Assembly: GCA_032718475.1 (NCBI GenBank)
Contig: JAUCBJ010001431.1
Location: forward strand, 71,350-135,349
Origin: Nemertoderma westbladi
Lineage: Eukaryota > Animalia > Xenacoelomorpha
Length of the DNA stretch: 64,000 nucleotides
Direction of reading: 5' to 3'
Shown here: in pieces, positions 38,659 through 48,700 of the stretch
Numbering within the stretch: the stretch's first letter is position 1
Layout: each line of letters begins with the position of its first letter
The notes under the pieces: generated by a model
Databases searched by the model: none
What the model saw: only the letters and a program-made list of their open reading frames with translations
What the model was told of the DNA's origin: nothing
Position numbers and translations under genes: made by a program

Positions 38659-39698
38659 AGTAGAAACAATGGCTTTTCCATCATCAACCTCGTAACCAGA
38701 GGTGATCGCTAAATTACACTCGTTCTGAATATTTGTAACAAACCCAAAAGTGCAATGGTCAAAAGCAACCCAATCATCTGGTTTTAAGACTAGTTGACTA
38801 GTTGGATTAATATAAGGGTGACAGATATTTATGTAATGTTGAAATAAATTTGCGCAGGTGATGGAAAAGGTGATCCATGAACCATTTACGTGTCTTCTAA
38901 CTTTATTAAATCGAGTGGCAGTGGGTTAACACTTCCATAGGTGGCAACTCTAAAATTGAATCCAAAGTAATAAGAGACTTTATTGGCATAAAAGAAGGTG
39001 AGCTCATTCAATTTCTCGCCGAAAACGAGAACATCCTTGTCAAAAAGTTTAAAGAAACGAGTCTCCTCTTCCTCGGTTGGAGGCGAGGAGTTCCAGATGA
39101 GAAGAAGAATCGAGTTTGCGATATTATGAAAATCAAATAAACGGTCATTGGAGAAGAAGGAAATTATGAGAGTGGTTAAACCCAGTAAACGATTTGCAAT
39201 GTCTTGGGTAATGTTTTCTCGAATAAAATCAATAACAGTGATTGGAATCGTAAACGTCGCGGGCGAAGTTTTTTCTCCTTTTTTAAAAGTTTGAAACCAT
39301 GGTTGGAAGAATGAAGTTTATTATCATCGAGAGTTTGGTAGTGTCCATTGTGAAGTTCGTAGCAGGCATGGAAAATAAAGTGAGCGTAGTTTGCCAGAAC
39401 TAGAAAGGGGTGGTTTAAAGTTGTATTTATTGTTAACAGAAAGTGTTTGTTCGATGGATCGAAATAGAAGCCAAACGAGTTGTCCACTAGTGTAAACTGA
39501 TTCTCACTGCAAACCATCTCGTTGTTTGAATAGCTGATTTCTGATTATGCCATTGTGAATAGGTAACTCGTTTTAGGAAATAAATAAATAACTAAATACT
39601 TTTAAAAAAAATAACTAAAATTTTTAACAATATAAATTACACAATGAAGGGGAATGTGGTGAACAGGGAGCTATTATAGAGGGAGATTAGTTTGGAGT

Positions 39699-39768
39699 AG
39701 CCAATCAGAGAGCAGATGTAAGTAAAGCAGCCAATCAGAGAGCAGATGTAAGTAAAGCAGCCAATGAG
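39699..39768. promoter_or_regulatory. Three CCAAT boxes on a 30-bp tandem repeat (NF-Y-type promoter) inside the Polinton
   Basis: AGCCAATCAGAGAGCAGATGTAAGTAAAGC x2 plus AGCCAATGAG, upstream of the minus-strand ORF starting at 39517. Confidence 0.5.
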
Positions 39769-40999
39769 GAACCAGCTTTGATGATGTTATACGAGGCGAG
39801 TTGCAGCTTGCCTAATGTTATCAATGGTACCCAATGTGGCGCCAAAGATGATGTCATCAAAGGTGGACTGGCACAGAGTAATTAGTAACCAGTATAGGAC
39901 CTAGCCTAGGGCTAAATATGGCAGGCTGAAAGTCCATGGCAAGGTAGGAGCTGGGGTGATGCCATCAATGATGTCATTCGGTAAGTAATAAATAAAACTA
40001 TTTATTGGTAAATCTAAAAATAGAAATCAATTTATAAATTAAATAAGTAATACAATTAAATAAAGTAAAAGTAATACAATTAATTAAATTAAAATTGAAT
40101 GCCAATAAATAAATACTAATAAATAAAAGGGTAGCGGTGTCACTTATGACACCCTTTGCACGGCTTAGCGACAGTTAGTCAACACTGATAACCATTGGGT
40201 ATCAGGGCGCCAATTTGTTTGATAAATTAGGATAATCAATTAAACCCTAATATGGTATTATAAGACATCTATTAGGGTTTAATTGTATTAATTAATTGAT
40301 GACATCTGTCAATTAGGGTCTAATTAGGTGTCAGTGTGGTCTAACTGTCGCAAAGCCGTGCAAACCCCTACTACTTGGGTAGATTGCGTTGCGTCGCATA
40401 CGGAGGAGCTGTAAACTATAGATTCCGATGTGCCGGCGATGGATTCCGATATTCCTGTGATTGATATGATATCTCCATTGTCTATCTGAAATTCCAATTC
40501 GGATAGGCAGGGATCCGCGCTGATTGGACGGGAATTAGCCAATAGGATGTCGCTTTGGTATGACGAAGAATAACCGGCGTCTGTAGCAGGCGTGTCGGTG
40601 TTGGCTAGTGCTATACGATCATCTTCCTGCTCACTATAGGGTGTCGATCTGTCGCCACAGTCGATTGTTAACTGCTGACTGCGGGAGAGGTAGGAGGTTT
40701 GGTTGCGTCCGTAAGTCGTCCTCAACATTGTGGGAATCTGGGAGGCCCAAGTTCGCACAGCGTGGGTTCGTTCCGCCTTATATTTTTCGTTCTTCCTGCA
40801 GTAATAAAGTTTGTTACAAATAATAATCTTAAAGTTAATTCAACTTGAATGTTACTTCTATGAATATTACCCTGTACTCTGTCAACAGTGGTATGAATAA
40901 TAGTAATTCTTGACAAATTTATGGTTGTGGCAATCATTACTGTAAACTCTTTGTATTAAATTAATCCCCTCAATGACCTCAAGCGTATAATCTCCGAGG

Positions 41000-42423
41000 G
41001 ATCGGAGTGTTTTCTCGAGATCAAACCACCCAAGTGCGAGCGTTTTTTTCAGAGGAAATACGGACTGCCATCCAAAGCGCGTTCCAAGAGGTTTGTTCTG
41101 GGATGAAGACTCTCCCCCTGGGTGAACTAACGATGTTGGGTGCCCCGATCGGTGATGCTGCCATTGAGACATGTCTGCAGGGTAAGGTCGACAACCTGGC
41201 CACGCTAACATCAGGGCTTCCGCACACCGACGCCCACCATGCCTTCTACCTCCTAAAACGTTCGTTTTCAATTCCCAGACTAACCTACATCCACCGCACA
41301 TCAAACGTGCTTCACGAAACCGGATATCCTCGCTAAGTTCGACCAAACCATCAGAGATGCTCTCTGTGAGGTTGCAAACTCTGTAGTCGACGACTGTGCA
41401 TGGTTACAAGCTGATCTCCCTGCCTGCATAGTTGGTCTCGGCCTCGCCAGTGCTATACAGCTCGCACCTTCCGCGTTCCTGGATTCTGCGGCTGCTAGTG
41501 CTGGTCTGACAGGGCGCCTCCTCACGCAAAAGGAAACCTCCTTAGACCACGTGACATCTCAAGCACTGGAGCAGTGGAAATCGATGGTCCCAGATGGTGA
41601 ACCCACTCCATCCCCCAATTCTACCCATCAGAGTGCATGGATGAGGCCATCTTCGAGGAAACTTGGAACAGACTCCAATCTTCATCTCCCCAGTCGATGT
41701 CGCCCGTCTAAACACTCCTTGTACTCGAGTGTATCAGGTTGTTGGTTAGACGCAGTCCCAGCCTCTTCCCTAGGCTTGAAACTCAACAACATACAATTCC
41801 GGCTCTCCGTCGCCACCCGTCTGGGATGCATGGTTACAGAACCCCTTAACCTCGCACTATGTGGTAGTCAAATTGAATCAGATTGTCTGCATGGTTTATC
41901 CTGCAAGCATAGCGTAGGCCGACATCCCAGACATACTATGGTCAACAACATAATTAAAAGATCTGTGGCCAGAAGTGGCGTCCCCTCCCTCTGGGAACTC
42001 TGTAGAGCTCTGTAGAGATGGAAGCAGTAAACAGGTGGATGGTGTTACCATTGTCCCATGGAGGCGGGGTCTGGGATGCCACCATATGGGACCCGCTTGC
42101 ACCCATTCACCGCGCTACAAGCCAGTCCTCTGGCGGTCGATTGGCGGTCGGGTGGCGGCTGAGGCAGAGGCAGCCAAAAAAACGATGAGCTTGTGAAAAG
42201 GGGCTATATATTTCACCCGGTGGCATTGGAAACGTTCGGAAAGCCCAGCCCCGAAACCACCAGCTTCCTCAAGGGCCAGAGGATCCACGCCGTTACCATG
42301 GAGCCCAGGTCTCACCGAGTCCTCCTACAACGGATCCTAATCGCGATACTAATCGGGAATGCCGCCTCCATACTGGGGACCATAGACTCTTCCTCTGCAG
42401 GCCTCTACGACATCATCGAGTAA
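41000..42423 (+). mobile_element. 5'-truncated degenerate CRE-clade non-LTR retrotransposon
   Basis: LGAPIG, AHHAFYLLKRSFSIPRLTY, SGCWLDAVP..LG, CG..HGLSC..RH..N, DGVTIVPW, AEAAKK, FHPVALETFG, LQRILIAI..GNAASILGT. Multiple frameshifts. Confidence 0.88.
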
Positions 42424-42976
42424 TTAATTAGTCGTATTTTATTTATTTTACATCCCGCCTCTTTCTTATTTTTATCTTTACTTATTTGTTTTTATCCTTT
42501 TTGGTTAATATATTTCACTTTATTGCTTTTAATCACAACCCACCTCATTTCATTTCAATTATTTATTTCATATATTCATATATTTCTTTATAAAAGCGAA
42601 TTTTTACTCATTACTACATTTTAAATTTTTTTTTAAAAAAAATTAATTTAATGTAATAAATAGCCTAAAAGGTTTCACAACTCGACTACATCTAGACGTT
42701 ATCTCACCTTCTCAGATAGGCTATAACAGGGTCATTATGGTCGTGGTAGAGGTCTAATTCTGAAGATATATGGGAGTAGGATAACGAATCGACTCCACTG
42801 GAATACCTCGATGGATAAGGAAACTCGTTGTATTTACTGGTGTAGTTGAGCAAAGTGAATCGATCGAGACGTTCTGTAGTCGAACTAACATCTGAGTCGT
42901 CCGCCGTCTCGGTAATGGGAAACAGCTGTTCTCTGCGATGGAGATAATTAGTTCAATCAGTTTAACTCTCCTACAG

Positions 42977-45165
42977 TTTTTGATACAGCGACTAATGTAA
43001 GTTTAACTTACCCAGTTTGATACAGCGACTAAATCTAAGTTAAACTTACTCAGTTTGATACAGAGACTAACTAATGTAAGTTAAACTTACCCAGTTTGAT
43101 ACAAAGACTAACTAATGAAAGTTAAACTTACCCAGTTTGATACAGAGACTGATGTAAGTTAAACTTACCCAGTTTGATACAGAGACTAATGTAAGTTAAA
43201 CTTACCCAGTTTGATACAGAGACTAATGTAAGTTTAACTTACCCAGTTTGATACAGAGACTAATGTAAGTTAAACTTACCCAGTTTGATACAGAGACTAA
43301 TGTAAGTTAAACTTACCCAGTTTGATACAAAGACTAACTAATGAAAGTTAAACTTACCCAGTTTGATACAGAGACTAATGTAAGTTAAACTTACCCAGTT
43401 TGATACAGAGACTAATGTAAGTTAAACTTACCCAGTTTGATACAGAGACTAATGTAAGTTAAACTTACACAGTTTAATACAGAGACTAATGTAAGTTAAA
43501 CTTACCCAGTTTGATACAGAGACTAACTAATGTAAGTTAAACTTACCCAGTTTGATACAGAGACTAATGTAAGTTAAACTTACCCAGTTTGATACAGAGA
43601 CTAATGTAAGTTAAACTTACCCAGTTTGATACAGAGACTAAGGTAAGTTAAACTTACCCAGTTTGATACAGAGACTGATGTAAGTTAAACTTACCCAGTT
43701 TGATACAGAGACTGATGTAAGTTAAACTTACCCAGTTTGATACAGAGACTGATGTAAGTTAAACTTACCCAGTTTGATACAGAGACTGATGTAAGTTAAA
43801 CTTACCCAGTTTGATACAGAGACTAATGTAAGTTAAACTTACCCAGTTTGATACAGAGACTAATGTAAGTTAAACTTACCCAGTTTGATACAGATACTAA
43901 GGTAAGTTAAACTTACCCAGTTTGATACAGAGACTAATGTAAGTTAAACTTACCCAGTTTGATACAGAGACTGCTGTAAGTTAAACTTACCCAGTTTGAT
44001 ACAGAGACTAATGTAAGTTAAACTTACCCAGTTTGATACAGAGACTAATGTAAGTTAAACTTACCCAGTTTGATACAGAGACTAATGTAAGTTAAACTTA
44101 CCCAGTTTGATACAGAGACTAATGTAAGTTAAACTTACCCAGTTTGATACAGAGACTGCTGTAAGTTAAACTTACCCAGTTTGATACAGAGACTGCTGTA
44201 AGTTAAACTTACCCAGTTTGATACAGAGACTAATGTAAGTTAAACTCACCCAGTTTGATACAGAGACTAACTAATGTAAGTTAAACTTACCCAGTTTGAT
44301 ACAGAGACTAACTAATGTAAGTTAAACTTACCCAGTCTGATACAGAGACTAATGTAAGTCAAACTTACCCAGTTTGATACAGAGACTAATGTAAGTTAAA
44401 CTTACCCAGTTTGATACAGAGACTAATGTAAGTTAAACTTACCCAGTTTGATACAGAGACTAACTGATGTAAGTTAAACTTACCCAGTTTGATACAGAGA
44501 CTAACTAATGTAAGTTAAACTTACCCAGTTTGATACAGATACTAACTAATGTAAGTTAAACTTACCCAGTTTGATACAGAGACTAACTAATGTAATTAAA
44601 CTTACCCAGTTTGATACAGAGACTGATGTAAGTTAAACTTACCCAGTTTGATACAGAGACTAAGGTAAGTTAAACTTACCCAGTTTGATACAGAGACTAA
44701 CTAATGTAATTAAACTTACCCAGTTTGATACAGAGACTAATGTAAGTTAAACTTACCCAGTTTGATACAGAGACTAATGTAAGTTAAACTTACCCAGTTT
44801 GATACAGAGACTAATGTAAGTTAAACTTACCCAGTTTGATACAAAGACTAACTAATGTAAGTTAAACTTACCCAGTTTGATACAGAGACTAATGTAAGTT
44901 AAACTTACCCAGTTTGATACAGAGACTAATGTAAGTTAAACTTACCCAGTTTGATACAAAGACTAACTAATGTAAGTTAAACTTACCCAGTTTGATACAG
45001 AGACTAATGTAAGTTAAACTTACCCAGTTTGATACAGAGACTGATGTAAGTTAAACTTAACCAGTTTGATACAGAGACTGATGTAAGTTAAACTTAACCA
45101 GTTTGATACAGAGACTAATGTAAGTTAAACTTACCCAGTTTGATACAGAGACTAATGTAAGTTAA
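42977..45165. repeat. Satellite array, 37-bp monomer GTAAGTTAAACTTACCCAGTTTGATACAGAGACTAAT with a 41-bp +CTAA variant (left segment)
   Basis: Head-to-tail repeats directly visible; the first units are degenerate. Confidence 0.98.
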
Positions 45166-45771
45166 TGTTAGCGAATCAATCCCGCCAATACTCCACAAAG
45201 TTAAGCCAATAAGCAATATTGGGGGACACGAGATTAGGTCCCAAACCAACTCGTGTCTCCCCAACAGAATGGGAAGGAGAAGCACACAATAAGGGTCAGG
45301 GGTTAGTATCCTGACAAGGGAGAGAATAGCTGGGGTGAACGGGAACACCTCAAAGGGCGCCAACAAGGGTAGCAACCAATCAGAGGGGGGCTGGCACCGA
45401 TTGAGTAGCAATAAGGCCACCGTGCGATATAACCAGTAAGCAGTAATCATATTACCTCAGTTATCTCAGTGTTACTGGTGGTACAGTAAGTTACAATTAG
45501 GGAAGTACCGGGATTTTAGTTACCGTCATCCCGTCAACCTGTGAACGTCAGTGTATAACATCAATCTATATCTATATCTATATCACGTCTCAAGATCACA
45601 ATATAACGAACAACAGTAACCTCAACTTACACTCTTTCACACGGCGGGGACGCGTGAACTAAAACAGGATAAATCGGGTTCATCTCCGGATGATCCCGTC
45701 ACAGTAACTAAATAACAACTGCTGCCCTAGCCTAATAGACTCAGATACCACCAGCCACCAACAGACAAAAG

Positions 45772-48700
45772 ATGAGCGAGTCGGGTGAAGTGACACCCAC
45801 GCGGACCCCGGACGACGACGATCTAACGATCCGCGAGGCCGCGACCAGGCGATATACGCCCACGACACCGGAGCCATCCGTACCGGGCGAACCGGGGATT
45901 CGAGTAGAGGGGGACCGCCTGGAACCAGAGATCGAGCCGGAGGATAGAGAGATCGGGCTCGAGGAAGAGAGAGACGAGTCGACACACAGCGGGGATGTCG
46001 ATACCGACGTCGCGGGCCAGCCACAGGCCGAGGGCGACGAACGGCCCACCGAGACGGCGACGGTGGGGCCGACGGTACGACGCCGGACCCGGAGAGACGA
46101 CGGGGATGTCGACACCGATGTCGCCGGCCAACCGCAGGCCGAGGGCGACGCACGGCCCACCGGAACGGCGACGGTGGGGCCGCCGGTACGACGTCGAACC
46201 CGGAGAGACGGACGAGGGGTCGGCGACGAGGACGTCGGGGTTTCCGAGCGACTTCGACGGGCCTACAACGCGACCCGGAGACTGATAAAGGAGGCCAGAG
46301 AAGGGAAGAGGATAGACGAGGTAAAACTGAACCTAGGACTAGGTGAGTCGAATAGACATTTATATTATCTAGTGCGCTTCGGGCAGAGAGGATTGGCCGA
46401 GGAGAGAGCGACTTGGGTCGCCGAGGAACTGTATGACTCATGGCGGTATGGGAGTATAGAACCTAGGGTAGTGTACTTAGGGCCATACTTAATCGATGCC
46501 CGGGGTATAAAGACAGTAGGTTGGAACAGACCAGAGGAGGGCGAACCCGAGGTTGACCCCGCGGGTTCGGTCTCGTCGGTCGGAGGGAGTTCCGGAAAGG
46601 GGGGGAGAGCCAGCGGGTCGGGAAGGCGGAGGGAATCCGTCGCAACCGATAAGTCTGTTACATCCTCCGAAAAAGAAAGACGGGTGAGAGAGATAGAGGC
46701 TAGACACCGTTTCAATGTAGTGGTAGAGGCGAATAGAGAACTAGGTAGACGGCTAGAGGAGGGGAGAGTGATGCTAGAGAGGGAAACGGTGTCGATTAAA
46801 GAGCTGAGGGAGAGGGGCGAAAGGGCCGCGAGGAACCTTAGGGAGTGTGAGGAGATAGAGTTGAGGGAAGAGAGGGAACGCGAGAGAGAACGCGAGGCAG
46901 AACGCGAGAAACGCGAAGCAGAACGCGAGAAACGCGAGGCGGAACGCGAGAGAGAACGCGAGGAACGCGAGGCGAGAGAGAGAAGGGAACGAAGGGAACG
47001 CGAGGAGAAACGCGAGGCGGAACGCGAGAAACGAGAGGCGAGAGAGGAAAGTGAACGCGAGAAACGTGAGGCGAGAGAGGAAAGTGAACGCAAAGAGCGT
47101 AAGGCGAGAAGAAGAGAGGGGATTAGGAGAGAGCTGGAATTGATCGAGCAGGAAAAACGAGAGTCAAAGGAGAAAGTAACAAGAGTGGAGAGTGGCCGAA
47201 TAGAGTTAGAGAAACAGCGAGACAAATTCGTAGAGTATACGGCTGTACACGCGCGCGAGGTGGAACGGGCGCGGGCAGGAGTGTCTGAGAGAGGGGCAGG
47301 CTCGAACATTTCAGAGGAGCCGGGGGCCGTGGATACGTTTATTAATACTCCACTGACAGGGACCACACTACGGACACGAAACTGGTGTGATCGTACGAGC
47401 GGGGGGGGGGGTAATAACACTAATACAGTAGATAACGCTAATATTAATAATACTGTATTGGACGACTCTAACCAAATTTTTATTGCAGGAAATACGTTAC
47501 CTAATAGTAATAATATTATTTTAAATCAGAACGGTTCTAATATTGACGTACAGAGTAATTCTAGTGATGTAGTTATACAGAATAGTCCAAATAATTTAAA
47601 TAATAACCCGAATTCGATTTTACAAAATAATCCGAATACTGTTATAACGCAACATATTGTTTCTAGCTTTGGTGCGCAGGATAATCACAGTGGTATTATT
47701 AATGTAGACGTGTCCAACGCACATAGCCCGGCGGGTGAGGGCCTGGTAGGCCACGTAGTAAGTAGGCCGGAGACGGCGGGGTTGAGTCAACCCGGGGTGA
47801 GCCTGGTAGGCCACGCAGTGGGTAGACCGGAGACGGCGGGGTTGAGCCAACCCGAGATGGGCCTGGTAGGCCACGTAGTCAGTAGGGCGGAAGTAGCGGG
47901 GTTGGGCCAACCCGAGGTAGGCCTGGTAGGCCTCGTAGTTAGTAGGCCGGAATCGGCGGGGTTGAGACAACCCGAAGTAGGCCTGGTAGGCCAGGTAGTA
48001 GTGGAGAGAGGGGCGGGGGTAAGCGGACCCAGCCCCAATGTAAATGTTGTGTCGACGGGAGAAAAGTGTAGAGACGAGGTAGGAAATAGTGAAGTTAGAT
48101 GTGGCGAGTGGGGGGGGGCTCCGAGCGCCCCACCACGTGAGATTAGCGGCGAGAAGGGGGGGGCGGAGAGCGCCCCACAAGAAGGGTACAGGAGTGTAGT
48201 AAGAGGTACCGAAGTTAGAAGTGGCGGGTGGGGGGGGGCTACGAGCACCCCACCGCGAGAAGTTAGTGACGAGAGGGGGGGGGCAGAGAGTGTCCCACAG
48301 GCGTCGGCGGATAATGCGCGGGCCGAAGTAGGTAAACCGCAACACACGGCGACGGAAAGTAATAGGGGGACCGCGAGTGTCCCCAGCGGCGGGCGATCGA
48401 GCAGAGAGATGCAGGTTGACGCCGCGAGAGGGCGGACGGAGTGTCAAGCCCGATCAGAAGAGAGAAGAAGAACAGTGGAGTTTAACCGGGAGGTCAACGA
48501 GAGATCTCACGAGCGGGAATACTGCACTGAGGGAAGAAGAGGAGAAGATGATAGGAGAAGCATCGCCGCGAACGATAGAAGAGTGAGGACGGATAGTGAG
48601 CCGTCGGTGATTGAGATGGAAGAAGAGAGTCGGTGGGGTCGAACTACGGGAGATTGCCGTCGTCCCGGAGAGACGCGACCCGACGAGGCGCACTACGCGC

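Larger units (their letters stand above)
30383..40375. mobile_element. Internally deleted Polinton/Maverick (about 4.8 kb without the nested Gypsy)
   Basis: ~450-500-bp TIRs starting AGTAGT and ending ACTACT, exact 6-bp TSD TGGGTA (30377-30382, 40376-40381), and PolB and major capsid remnants inside. Confidence 0.85.

Noticed and set aside
40324-40758. 144-aa minus-strand ORF
   Set aside because: It crosses the Polinton boundary, has no motifs, and is likely a chance ORF.
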